Source: a virus | Virus record (IMG/VR): IMGVR_UViG_3300021961_000053 | Span: 1 to 64,000 of that record | Direction: 5' to 3' (one strand) | Length of the DNA stretch: 64,000 nucleotides | In this document: positions 28,492 to 36,800 of the stretch, piece after piece | Layout of the letters: each line of letters opens with the position of its first letter | Position numbering within the stretch: the first letter of the stretch is position 1 | Made by a program: the position numbers and the translations under genes | The notes under the pieces: generated by a model | Database searches by the model: none | What the model was told of the DNA's origin: nothing | Seen by the model: only the letters and a program-made list of their open reading frames with translations

Positions 28492-29316
28492 ATGACACCG
28501 CTCCAGCGCCTTGAGTCCATTTTAACCGCAGTATATGACAATGCTAGACATTTAGAGACTGCTGCTGATCAAGTATACATGTCATGCTTCCGAACAGGAA
28601 CTGATCTTGTTGCTCTCCTGGATAACATTCAGTCCGATAAGGTGTTTGATGTAAATACTTTTAGCGCAGCATCTGCTGGCAATATCTTTGATTACATACA
28701 AGAAGAGTTTCGTGAATGTGTTTCACGTTTTGTTAATATTACTGCTGGTGGAAATGGCGGTATGGCGTCAATTGGGCGTGGAGAGTTCATGATTTCGTTC
28801 GCTAGTAATTTCCAAGCGAAGATTAGCAAGGCAGGCAAGGGAGATCTGGAATATGTTGTCAAACGCATCAATGAAGAAGTAAAGTGGAACGGTGGTAAGA
28901 TCGAAGTATCTAAAACTCAAGGTAAAGAAGTTTATAAGACCTTTATTTCTCTGCTGAAGCAGAACAATGATATTGATCTTATCATCAAAGACTTCCTCCC
29001 CTTCCGTAAAAAAGATAAAAAAGTTTATGATGCTGACACCATTGCTGTCTTGAATTCTTATTTTTGGCAAGCTGTCTCTGGGCAAAAATGTGGTCCTCTC
29101 ACAGACTCTGAGTTGAAAAAACTCTGTCTCCGTTGTGCCTTTGACCTCACCTTCACTAAATCTGATTCTATTTTAATTGTCAATGAAGATGGTAAGTTCG
29201 TTCGCTTTACAGATGCAGATACTGCTGTAGAATACTACCACAATAAAATTGATAAAGTTGATCTGGAAATTCGTGCCAAGCAAACCAATCCCATCGCCAT
29301 TTACTTATTTGTATGA
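28492..29316 (+). CDS. Putative PD-(D/E)xK endonuclease (start refined to ATG 28492)
   Basis: GRGEF...KGDL...EEVK motif; coupled to a methyltransferase. Confidence 0.5.
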   Translation: MTPLQRLESILTAVYDNARHLETAADQVYMSCFRTGTDLVALLDNIQSDKVFDVNTFSAASAGNIFDYIQEEFRECVSRFVNITAGGNGGMASIGRGEFMISFASNFQAKISKAGKGDLEYVVKRINEEVKWNGGKIEVSKTQGKEVYKTFISLLKQNNDIDLIIKDFLPFRKKDKKVYDADTIAVLNSYFWQAVSGQKCGPLTDSELKKLCLRCAFDLTFTKSDSILIVNEDGKFVRFTDADTAVEYYHNKIDKVDLEIRAKQTNPIAIYLFV

Positions 29317-30080
29317 CTTTTGATTTACAACTAGGTGACTGTCTGGACCTCATGCGTGAGATTCCAGATGAATCCATCGATTTTATTTGCTGTGACCCAC
29401 CCTACGGCACCACCACCATCAAGTGGGATGAGATTTTAGATTTTGATGCCATGTGGGAGCAATATGGTCGCATCATTAAACCCCAGGGCATGATGTGTCT
29501 GTTTGGATCACAACCATTTTCTGCACAGTTGATATGCTCCAAGATCAACTGGTTCAAGTATGAATTGGTGTGGAACAAGAACAAGTGTGGTTCTCCTGGT
29601 CTTGCAAAGTATAGACCCATGAAGACACATGAAAATATACTGCTGTTCTCTAAGAAACCAGGCGGAGTATATAATCCTCAGATGGAGGTTGGAGAACCAT
29701 TTAAAAGAAAGAGTAAGAACCCAGAAGGATATGTGAGCAAAAGAAATCCTCATGGTTATGGACTGAAACCAGTGAAAGAGTTTGAGAACAATGGCACACG
29801 CTATCCTAAGTCTGTTCTGAATATCTCACGCGATTTTAGCGCACAACAGCAAGTACATCCCACACAAAAACCTGTGCCTTTGATGGAGTGGTTGATCAAG
29901 ACATACTCTAATGAGGGTGATACTGTGCTCGATAATTGCATGGGATCTGGTTCTACTGGTGTTGCCGCAGTGAAACTTAATCGTAAGTTCATTGGCATGG
30001 AGTCAGACACAGAATACTATTCTATCGCTGAAAAGAGAATAAAAGAAGCGGATAGAGTTGACATCAATCATTTTTTGTGA
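29313..30080 (+). CDS. N6-adenine/N4-cytosine DNA methyltransferase (beta class)
   Basis: DPPY catalytic motif before HPTQKP and VLDNCMGSGSTG SAM-binding motif. Confidence 0.92.
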   Translation: MTFDLQLGDCLDLMREIPDESIDFICCDPPYGTTTIKWDEILDFDAMWEQYGRIIKPQGMMCLFGSQPFSAQLICSKINWFKYELVWNKNKCGSPGLAKYRPMKTHENILLFSKKPGGVYNPQMEVGEPFKRKSKNPEGYVSKRNPHGYGLKPVKEFENNGTRYPKSVLNISRDFSAQQQVHPTQKPVPLMEWLIKTYSNEGDTVLDNCMGSGSTGVAAVKLNRKFIGMESDTEYYSIAEKRIKEADRVDINHFL

Positions 30081-30146
30081 TAAAATAATTTAGTAACTAG
30101 AAACAGACAATTTCTGTTTCTCTCTAAACATTTAAGGAGACCTATT

Positions 30147-31238
30147 ATGTCTTTTGCAACACCACCAATCATTGAACGAGTTATGTTCTATGACTGGTTA
30201 GATGAAAAAAAGTACCTAGTCAATCCAATTGAGAGACCGTACAAGGAACGAGCAAAACGAGCTGATGTCATTGACCGATTTAATCCATGGCAGTCTATCC
30301 ATTATCTTGGTCACGCTACGGAACTCCAAGTAGATGATGTTGATGAAGTCAGCGGTATAAAATATAAGAAAGGAACCATATTCAAGTTGGATATGCATAC
30401 CAGACCCCAAGTAATCATCAATGGGGATAGTGATGCAACTCCAGAGTTAATTGATAAAAACGGTGGATTTTTAATTTCCAAGGAGAAAGCTTTCAGCATT
30501 AAAGACGTAAAAGCACAGTACAAGCGGCATGACAGTGCAGAGGCAGTAGAAAAAAGATCTGATGCAATGTATTCTGCTTTCTATTCTGCTTACTATGATA
30601 CTCTGGTTCCACAACCAGATAATCCTGCCTTCATGAAGGCTCAACCGCTTTCATATGCTGCATTCTACACATTTGGATGGGATGAAATAAAGAAAAAAGG
30701 ATTCAAGTCTGACAGTGGGTTAGATCAAGAAACACTTTCTTATGCTGTGAAAGCATTTATGTCCTATTACGACAAACTTGATAACATCACTTTTAACACT
30801 AAAAAGATGTCATCAAAGAGTGATGCGGCACATGTGTATGCTTCTATCAGATGGGATAGTTGGTTGTATTTTGCTAGTCTGATGGTTGGTCATCATCATA
30901 ACTGGTCGCCTGCTTGGTATCAGACAGTTCTGCAAATCAACAACTGTGATTTAACAGGTTTAGATCTCACTGGAAAAAAAGGATCAACAGCACTTGCTCT
31001 CCTTTGTCGTGAATGGGATCAAACTAATGGAGCACCAGCACACCCAGACAAACGTTTAAATAAAGGACAACTTGGTGGTTCGTTGATAGATCAATTGTTC
31101 TTTTTGTTTGATGCTGCTATCCAAGAACCTAATAAGAGATTCAAGAGTATTTTTACTGAAAGTAATGGATACTTTGATAATGTATACAAATTCAGATTAA
31201 ATCAATCTAAGAAGAATAGTATCTCTTACTTCTTTTAA
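30147..31238 (+). CDS. Hypothetical protein (363 aa), possible ParB/Srx-like N-terminal domain
   Basis: AAGGAG SD; KLDMHTR resembles the DGxHR/DGHTR motif. Confidence 0.6.
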   Translation: MSFATPPIIERVMFYDWLDEKKYLVNPIERPYKERAKRADVIDRFNPWQSIHYLGHATELQVDDVDEVSGIKYKKGTIFKLDMHTRPQVIINGDSDATPELIDKNGGFLISKEKAFSIKDVKAQYKRHDSAEAVEKRSDAMYSAFYSAYYDTLVPQPDNPAFMKAQPLSYAAFYTFGWDEIKKKGFKSDSGLDQETLSYAVKAFMSYYDKLDNITFNTKKMSSKSDAAHVYASIRWDSWLYFASLMVGHHHNWSPAWYQTVLQINNCDLTGLDLTGKKGSTALALLCREWDQTNGAPAHPDKRLNKGQLGGSLIDQLFFLFDAAIQEPNKRFKSIFTESNGYFDNVYKFRLNQSKKNSISYFF

Positions 31239-31248
31239 ATATTTCATG

Positions 31249-31306
31249 TGCCACTTTTCAAAGTGTCACAGGGGGTCCTCGTGACCCCTTTTTTATGCCC
31301 TATACT
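31249..31306 (+). promoter_or_regulatory. Palindrome + -10 early-type promoter module with internal terminator
   Basis: TGTGCCA-N10-TGTCACA; GGGGTC/GACCCC-T6; TATACT. Confidence 0.8.
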
Positions 31307-31326
31307 ACAAAGGTAGTCAAGGGAAC
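31298..31326 (+). repeat. 29-nt direct repeat, copy 1
   Basis: CCCTATACTACAAAGGTAGTCAAGGGAAC, identical at 32288-32316. Confidence 0.9.
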
Positions 31327-31331
31327 ACCCC

Positions 31332-31574
31332 ATGCAACTCCTGAACTCTGCCACTCAAGTCGATTTCTTTCCTGTCGCTGGTGGCAAGCGTTTCGTCAAG
31401 CGCGTGATCTGGCATCCTGGTGCTGCTAGCGAGATGATCTCCTTCTCCACCGTTGTCAAGAGCGATGCTCTCTATTCTATCCGCAACCTGATCGCTAACG
31501 GTGCTGAGGTGACTGACTTCAACACTGAAGCATACTCTGGTTCTGATTATAATCCTATGGCAGGTGCTTGCTGA
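31332..31574 (+). CDS. Hypothetical early protein (80 aa)
   Basis: First ORF after promoter module. Confidence 0.75.
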   Translation: MQLLNSATQVDFFPVAGGKRFVKRVIWHPGAASEMISFSTVVKSDALYSIRNLIANGAEVTDFNTEAYSGSDYNPMAGAC

Positions 31575-31608
31575 TCTTCAAGATCTTTTTTCCCCTGAAA
31601 CTATCACC

Positions 31609-31788
31609 ATGTTTCCATTTCTCCTGGCTACAGTTACCGCATTTCAAGATCCTAATGTTGCGCCTGAGTATATACAGCGTCATTGTGCTGCTGTCATTGG
31701 CATCCCTTATGCTTCCGACAACTTCTCAGAAGAAGAATGGTGGCAATACGTGGGATGTGTCCGTGATCATCTAAGACATGATGTTTGA
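31609..31788 (+). CDS. Small hypothetical protein with hydrophobic N-terminus
   Basis: ATG 31609 in ORF 31564-31788. Confidence 0.55.
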   Translation: MFPFLLATVTAFQDPNVAPEYIQRHCAAVIGIPYASDNFSEEEWWQYVGCVRDHLRHDV

Positions 31789-32065
31789 ATTTCCGCATCA
31801 ACCTCCGCGTGGTTACACATATGAAATCATGCCTCATAAGCGTAATATTCTTTCTATTTGGATCTGTAACCACAGCAAGTTTAGTTATACTGACGATACT
31901 CCTGTTAAATCCATCTGGGGATTTTATAATACAAAGACACGCGAATACATTGCTCCAATCAATGCAGAAAAACCTGGAAAAGTGGTAGCATTTGATGATA
32001 CCACGCCCTACAGCGCCATGCAGATCCTGAAACCGCTGCGCCCCAGTGTCCTATCGTTCTGCTAG
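31778..32065 (+). CDS. Hypothetical cyanophage protein (95 aa)
   Basis: ORF with FPH.PP.GY.YE and SIWGFYNTK motifs. Confidence 0.75.
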   Translation: MMFEFPHQPPRGYTYEIMPHKRNILSIWICNHSKFSYTDDTPVKSIWGFYNTKTREYIAPINAEKPGKVVAFDDTTPYSAMQILKPLRPSVLSFC

Positions 32066-32110
32066 AGGCGTCTAGAAGCGCCTGTAATGCCCCTCTGACC
32101 CCTGTGACCT

Positions 32111-32287
32111 ATGAAGACTGCTGAAGTCCCCCTGACCGCCTCTGAACTGAAGTTCCTGATCGATGTGCTGTGGGGTGCTCCCATCGCCACGGTCAAGGAT
32201 GCAGCATTGCGCCATGGTCTCTCTGATTCTGACGTGGAGGGACACTTGGTAAAGTGTCTAGGATACCTCGCCTGTGAGTCCGATTGA
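32111..32287 (+). CDS. Small hypothetical protein (58 aa)
   Basis: Manually translated; 3' end encodes promoter palindrome. Confidence 0.55.
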   Translation: MKTAEVPLTASELKFLIDVLWGAPIATVKDAALRHGLSDSDVEGHLVKCLGYLACESD

Positions 32288-32296
32288 CCCTATACT
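32240..32296 (+). promoter_or_regulatory. Palindrome + -10 early-type promoter module
   Basis: GGACA-N10-TGTCT, 31 nt, TATACT. Confidence 0.75.
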
Positions 32297-32316
32297 ACAA
32301 AGGTAGTCAAGGGAAC
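32288..32316 (+). repeat. 29-nt direct repeat, copy 2
   Basis: Identical to 31298-31326. Confidence 0.9.
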
Positions 32317-32321
32317 GACCC

Positions 32322-32477
32322 ATGATCGGTGACACCACTGAAGACAAACAACTCCGCCGCATGATCCTCAATGCTATTGAGGGTTATGACATTGAGATGC
32401 TCAAGCGCATTGCTTATGAAGTGCGTTGTGAAGAGATGGGCATCTATCCCGACCACACTTACACCAACCTGAAATGA
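32322..32477 (+). CDS. Small hypothetical protein (51 aa)
   Basis: Manually translated; first ORF after promoter. Confidence 0.6.
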   Translation: MIGDTTEDKQLRRMILNAIEGYDIEMLKRIAYEVRCEEMGIYPDHTYTNLK

Positions 32478-32629
32478 AAACCTCTTACTGGTTCCTTGCT
32501 GTCATTGCCATTCTCATGTATAATGGTTTCTTAGCACAGCGCGATGCCAAGATGTTTGAAGCATACGATCGCGCCTGTGCTGAATTGCCTACAGGGCACC
32601 CTGATTGTGTGTTTGCTAAGAAAAAATGA
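32474..32629 (+). CDS. Small membrane-anchored protein (51 aa)
   Basis: ATGA coupling at both ends; hydrophobic N-terminus. Confidence 0.6.
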   Translation: MKTSYWFLAVIAILMYNGFLAQRDAKMFEAYDRACAELPTGHPDCVFAKKK

Positions 32630-32928
32630 TTGCTGCTTTAATGTGTGGCGTTGCCACATTCTACGGCATGGGTGATGGTTTCCATGGTAACATTACTGCT
32701 TCTGGTGAGCGTTTCGATGCTTATCGATGGACTGCTGCTCACCCTTATCTCCCGATGGGTAGTAAAATCCGTGTCACGAACCAAGATAACGGCAAACAAG
32801 TAATTGTCCGTGTCAATGATCGTGGTCCATTCTCTCATGCTGATCTAGACTTATCCTATGCTGCGTTCGCGCACATAGAATCTACCCGCAAGGGTAATGC
32901 TACTGTTTGTTATCGCGTTATTGGTTAA
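32626..32928 (+). CDS. RlpA-like double-psi beta-barrel (lytic transglycosylase family)
   Basis: ATFYG..FHG..TASGERFD....TAAH..LP.GS...VTN..NGK.V.VRVNDRGPF...DLS.AAF. Confidence 0.9.
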   Translation: MIAALMCGVATFYGMGDGFHGNITASGERFDAYRWTAAHPYLPMGSKIRVTNQDNGKQVIVRVNDRGPFSHADLDLSYAAFAHIESTRKGNATVCYRVIG

Positions 32929-32930
32929 TT

Positions 32931-33059
32931 ATGGAAGAAGTTTTGCTTGACCGTTACATCCTGAGCCAACTGGATGCTTATGATCTTGATCTCAGTGAAG
33001 ATAACTGGGATGAGATGCCTAAAGAACAACTATCTGATGAGGTTTTGGAATTGCTGTGA
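32931..33059 (+). CDS. Small acidic protein (42 aa)
   Basis: Manually translated ORF. Confidence 0.5.
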   Translation: MEEVLLDRYILSQLDAYDLDLSEDNWDEMPKEQLSDEVLELL

Positions 33060-33125
33060 TTAAACTGCTCGTGGTTGTTGCTGCCATTTATATCCTATGG
33101 GAACCAGCACGACCGATCCGCCATG

Positions 33126-33182
33126 TGACAGCTGACATACTGGCACATACTGCCGATCTTGTGCGCCGCTAGACCCTATACT
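33126..33182 (+). promoter_or_regulatory. Palindrome + -10 early-type promoter module
   Basis: TGTGACA-N10-TGGCACA, TATACT 31 nt after TGGCA. Confidence 0.8.
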
Positions 33183-33209
33183 GATTACATCAGCGAAAGA
33201 CACCACCCC

Positions 33210-33563
33210 ATGACCGCCACCTTCGCCCAGTTCCAAGCAGAGCAAGACGCTCGCAACACCATCCAACTCAACATTGTCAAGTATGGTATGATGCTGTGTG
33301 ATGCTCTCCAGCAGACTGCTCCTGACGGTTACTTCTACTCTCTGGATTCTTCTGGTCGCAAGTATCACAAAGTCTTCATGCATATTGATGATCGCCGCGA
33401 TAGCATCCACGCTTTCATCGACAAGAAGACTGGTGAAGTGTTCAAACCTGCTAGTCTGAAAGCGCCTGCCAAGGGTGCTCGCTACAACGTTCTCTCCATT
33501 CCTTCCCGCGAAGAGATGTTTGAGCGTTGTGATTGGGCAGGTGGTTACCTCTACATGCGTTGA
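33210..33563 (+). CDS. Conserved-type phage early protein (117 aa; start refined)
   Basis: GRKYHKV...SIHAFIDKKTGEVFKPAS.KAPAKG.RY motif. Confidence 0.75.
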   Translation: MTATFAQFQAEQDARNTIQLNIVKYGMMLCDALQQTAPDGYFYSLDSSGRKYHKVFMHIDDRRDSIHAFIDKKTGEVFKPASLKAPAKGARYNVLSIPSREEMFERCDWAGGYLYMR

Positions 33564-33588
33564 CATTCCGCGCCTTCTCTGCTAAATT
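33560..33588 (+). promoter_or_regulatory. Sigma70-type promoter
   Basis: TTGACA-17-TAAATT with extended TG. Confidence 0.6.
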
Positions 33589-33615
33589 ACTCTAGAGTTC
33601 AATCGCTTTCCTCTC

Positions 33616-33849
33616 ATGACTGCCCCTCGTTTCTATTTGGTTGCTAACGAAGACGCTTTCATTCTTGATAATGATGGCGTGACTGTTTATGGTGCTCCTG
33701 TCAATTCTGATGGCACTGTAGATTTTGAGTGTGCCTACGATTTTGATCCATGTGAGGATGAATTAGAGTATGTTGCTCACATGAGCAAATGTTTGATTGA
33801 TTCTGCTAAACTGTACCACGAACACAACGTTGAGGTCTTTATCAAATGA
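33616..33849 (+). CDS. Hypothetical protein (77 aa)
   Basis: ORF, coupled downstream. Confidence 0.7.
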   Translation: MTAPRFYLVANEDAFILDNDGVTVYGAPVNSDGTVDFECAYDFDPCEDELEYVAHMSKCLIDSAKLYHEHNVEVFIK

Positions 33850-34094
33850 ACATGCTTCAAGAGCACATCCGCGAGTACATCAATCCATTTCCCAATCGTT
33901 ACACTCGTGGATCGTGGGAAATCCGTGTTCTTCCGCACGAAGATCTAGATTATGATGGTGTAGAGAAGTTCTGGCGTCTCTTCAAGAAGTTTCCTAACGA
34001 TTTTGCTGCTGCTGCCGTCTCTCTGCTCCCTGATGATGTAGAATTCATTCAGTACGACCACCTCAACAACATTCTCTTCGCTAACAAACTATGA
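33846..34094 (+). CDS. Hypothetical protein (82 aa)
   Basis: ATGA coupling. Confidence 0.7.
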   Translation: MNMLQEHIREYINPFPNRYTRGSWEIRVLPHEDLDYDGVEKFWRLFKKFPNDFAAAAVSLLPDDVEFIQYDHLNNILFANKL

Positions 34095-34303
34095 GTACCG
34101 ACATCGAACGCCTTTCAGCACAACGCGACGACATCTACGATTACATGTGTGATCGTTTCAAGCAGATGATTGCTGAAGACCGTCATGATGATGCTATGGC
34201 AATTGCAGATGAGTTCTTTGAGTGGTTGGACCCTGAACAAATGGATCTCGAAGAAACATTCTACTATGACGAGCGCGAACTCATCAAACTCACCAATGAG
34301 TGA
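34091..34303 (+). CDS. Hypothetical acidic protein (70 aa)
   Basis: ATGA coupling. Confidence 0.7.
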   Translation: MSTDIERLSAQRDDIYDYMCDRFKQMIAEDRHDDAMAIADEFFEWLDPEQMDLEETFYYDERELIKLTNE

Positions 34304-34433
34304 GGAATTTCACAAACTAATCATAGACTACATGACGGCATACAACAATGACGATTATGAGCTAGCAAATCTGTATCTCTCACAGATACAGGAGCATAAC
34401 ATGAAGGAGAAACTCAATGGAAGTGAAGATTGA
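34296..34433 (+). CDS. Small hypothetical protein (45 aa; start refined)
   Basis: ATG overlapping upstream stop region. Confidence 0.55.
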   Translation: MSEEFHKLIIDYMTAYNNDDYELANLYLSQIQEHNMKEKLNGSED

Positions 34434-34587
34434 ACTGGGACCAGATCTTCAGTTAGAGTATCAATCATGGTTGGATGTGAAAGAGAGTCTTGGTATTGAT
34501 CGTAGCATCAATAACTTCCTCTACTATACATACAATTACGGAACATTTGCCAACCCCAAGAACCCTGACGACAATGACGATTCCTAA
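34417..34587 (+). CDS. Small hypothetical protein (56 aa)
   Basis: AAGGAG SD; manually translated. Confidence 0.6.
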   Translation: MEVKIELGPDLQLEYQSWLDVKESLGIDRSINNFLYYTYNYGTFANPKNPDDNDDS

Positions 34588-34960
34588 TTTCAAATCCCAA
34601 GAAGACTGGGAAGCATTTACAGCAATGTTTGATGCTCGTTGGCATTGCAAGAAAGCATTGCTAGAGCGTGTCAAGGATGATCTCTATCCCAAATACAAGT
34701 GGGAAGAACTGACTGCAGGGGCAGTTGAAGTAATCAACGACATCGTTCAATCTCTGCTGTATGATGTAGAGTATGAGTTTGAACAAGTACATCCAGAGTA
34801 TAAGCGTGATGATGAATTGTTCATTCCACGCCGCTCATTCAAAGAAGATGTAGAGGAAGCACTGCTAGCTGCCAACCAGAAGTTCTGGAATAGTGCTAAC
34901 GAGTGCGAACCATGTCCTCCCTGTGATGAACTGGCATGTACTGATCATCTAGGTGAGTGA
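34574..34960 (+). CDS. Hypothetical protein (128 aa; start refined)
   Basis: ATG 34574 in ORF 34490-34960. Confidence 0.7.
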   Translation: MTIPNFKSQEDWEAFTAMFDARWHCKKALLERVKDDLYPKYKWEELTAGAVEVINDIVQSLLYDVEYEFEQVHPEYKRDDELFIPRRSFKEDVEEALLAANQKFWNSANECEPCPPCDELACTDHLGE

Positions 34961-35460
34961 AAAAGTGTATCATACGATCGACCGCATCGGAATGGTTTGT
35001 GGTAGAATCATTCCTGGCACATCATTCACAAGTTTGGAGGAAAATGATTGACGTTAAAGAAAACGAAGACGGTACGTTCACAATCAGCTGGGACGAAAAC
35101 GACCCAGAAGAAAGCATCTTCAACGACTGGACAGAAAAAGACTTCACAGACGCAATCACGAACTACATCAACACTCTCAAAGAATCTGGCGTCCTTGACG
35201 ACGACGGAGAGCAAAAGCTCACAGAAAGCATCGAGCAAATCAGCGAGTTCTTCTTCGAAGACTACGAAGACGCCTACGAAAACTACATCCAAGCGTCCTA
35301 CGAAGTCAGCCCCTACTACATCGACCAAACAGCAGAAGAAGTCCAGCAAGACATCGACACTGCCCGTCAATACATCCAAAGCACGAACGAAGAAACCTAC
35401 GGAGAGCAAGCAATCCGTAAAGACGAAGGTGACGACCGACGCCCTCGTTTATTCTTCTGA
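34957..35460 (+). CDS. Highly acidic protein (start GTG 34957 or ATG 35044)
   Basis: GTGA coupling; D/E-rich; extreme NNC codon bias from 35044. Confidence 0.7.
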   Translation: MKKCIIRSTASEWFVVESFLAHHSQVWRKMIDVKENEDGTFTISWDENDPEESIFNDWTEKDFTDAITNYINTLKESGVLDDDGEQKLTESIEQISEFFFEDYEDAYENYIQASYEVSPYYIDQTAEEVQQDIDTARQYIQSTNEETYGEQAIRKDEGDDRRPRLFF

Positions 35461-35608
35461 TCTCACTCTATTCCCCTTTGTAGATACATTCCCGTATCGT
35501 CTAGAGGATAAGAGCGAGAAGAAAACCTGTTATTTCCAATGTGAATCTCATGCCAGAAAATACATCGACAGATACAAACCAGAATACCAGTTATACTGTT
35601 ACTCTTGA
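35048..35608 (+). CDS. Lys/Ser/Thr-rich basic protein with C-terminal folded domain, overprinted on the acidic ORF
   Basis: GGAGG 7 nt before TTG; 413-nt +1-frame overlap; C-terminal FPYRLEDK..KKTCYFQCE.HA.KYI.RY. Confidence 0.6.
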   Translation: MTLKKTKTVRSQSAGTKTTQKKASSTTGQKKTSQTQSRTTSTLSKNLASLTTTESKSSQKASSKSASSSSKTTKTPTKTTSKRPTKSAPTTSTKQQKKSSKTSTLPVNTSKARTKKPTESKQSVKTKVTTDALVYSSDLTLFPFVDTFPYRLEDKSEKKTCYFQCESHARKYIDRYKPEYQLYCYS

Positions 35609-35762
35609 GGAAGATGGTGACGAGTGTATTCTACCTCTTCCTGATGAACTCATGGATCAATTAGGATGGTATGATGGGGATGAACTGGAATGGATCGTAA
35701 ATGACGACAACACCATCACGATCCGCAAGGTGCCAGTTGATGAAGTGGCACCCTGCCCCTGA
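35550..35762 (+). CDS. AbrB/MazE/SpoVT-like DNA-binding protein
   Basis: ILPLPDELMDQLGWYDGDELEWIV....ITIRKV swapped-hairpin motif. Confidence 0.7.
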   Translation: MPENTSTDTNQNTSYTVTLEEDGDECILPLPDELMDQLGWYDGDELEWIVNDDNTITIRKVPVDEVAPCP

Positions 35763-35787
35763 CTCTGCCACCACTCTGCCCTATAAT
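35731..35787 (+). promoter_or_regulatory. Palindrome + -10 early-type promoter module
   Basis: GGTGCCA-N10-TGGCACC, 31 nt, TATAAT. Confidence 0.8.
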
Positions 35788-35810
35788 TACAAGGTAATCG
35801 AGAGACACCC

Positions 35811-36188
35811 ATGGCAACCCGCTCCCGCATCGGTATCGAACTCAAGAACGGTTCTATTCTGTCTGCCTATCACCACTGGGATGGTTACCCCGAGTGGTTG
35901 GGTCGCATCCTGAATACTCATTACAATACTCGTGCTAAAGCTGCCGAACTGATTGATGGTGGTGACATGAGTGCTTGCTGGAATGATAACAAGCAAGCAG
36001 AATACTATGGCACGGATTGCCCCCCGCGTCTTGATGCTGACCTTGCGGAATACCTGCTCCCCGAGAATAGCGAAGAGTTTGCATATGTCTTCCGTAATGA
36101 TGAGTGGGTGTGCTATAATATGCATGAGTTTGATGATAGCAAACTCCCTGAAGTTGTTGAGATCCCCTCTGGAGCATTGATGGCATGA
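35811..36188 (+). CDS. Conserved-type phage early protein (125 aa)
   Basis: MATRSRIG...Y.HWDGYP..LG..L...Y motif. Confidence 0.75.
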   Translation: MATRSRIGIELKNGSILSAYHHWDGYPEWLGRILNTHYNTRAKAAELIDGGDMSACWNDNKQAEYYGTDCPPRLDADLAEYLLPENSEEFAYVFRNDEWVCYNMHEFDDSKLPEVVEIPSGALMA

Positions 36189-36385
36189 AGCGTGTAACTG
36201 TTCGTCCTAAATCATCCAAAGCAAAGAACCGTCTTGCTAATATGATGGATGGCAATGCTATTTGTATTGTAGAGCAAGACAAAGGTGATGGTATGCTGTT
36301 CCTTGCTAGTGAGAATGGCAAATACTTCTTCTGGGTGAATACTAGCAACGATTGTCACTGGGAAACTGAATGGGAGGTACTATGA
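36185..36385 (+). CDS. Hypothetical protein (66 aa)
   Basis: ATGA coupling. Confidence 0.7.
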   Translation: MKRVTVRPKSSKAKNRLANMMDGNAICIVEQDKGDGMLFLASENGKYFFWVNTSNDCHWETEWEVL

Positions 36386-36597
36386 GTCATTTTGTGAAGA
36401 ACCCAGACGAGATTGTGCTGGAAGATGTGCGTATGATCCATTATGAAACAATGGAAGAAGGACGTGCTGTGTGGTTGGGCATCTACATGAATGATGGTAA
36501 GATGTATCATATGAATATCGGTGGTGATAATCTGTATGTCAATTACTCTTACGAGGGTAATGATCCAAACATTACTGAATGGGCAAAACTCAAATGA
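36382..36597 (+). CDS. Hypothetical protein (71 aa)
   Basis: GGAGG SD, ATGA coupling. Confidence 0.7.
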   Translation: MSHFVKNPDEIVLEDVRMIHYETMEEGRAVWLGIYMNDGKMYHMNIGGDNLYVNYSYEGNDPNITEWAKLK

Positions 36598-36800
36598 AAC
36601 CAGTTAGTGTAGATCAACTGATTGAAGCACTGTATAATGAATATGTCTATCTTTGTCACGATGATTTTGATCCCGATGAAGATCCAACTCCCGAAGAGTA
36701 TCTTGAAATGATCAAAACTTTATCGTATGATGAATTGATTTCAGAAACTAGCACTGATGAAGAATATACTCTTCAAGAGTTTATGGAGACATGGGGATGA
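36594..36800 (+). CDS. Hypothetical acidic protein (68 aa)
   Basis: ATGA coupling. Confidence 0.7.
   Translation: MKPVSVDQLIEALYNEYVYLCHDDFDPDEDPTPEEYLEMIKTLSYDELISETSTDEEYTLQEFMETWG

Noticed and set aside
35026-35409. Hydrophobic minus-strand ORF over the dual-coding locus
   Set aside because: In-phase antisense of the NNC-biased acidic gene; openness follows from the absence of TTA/CTA/TCA codons
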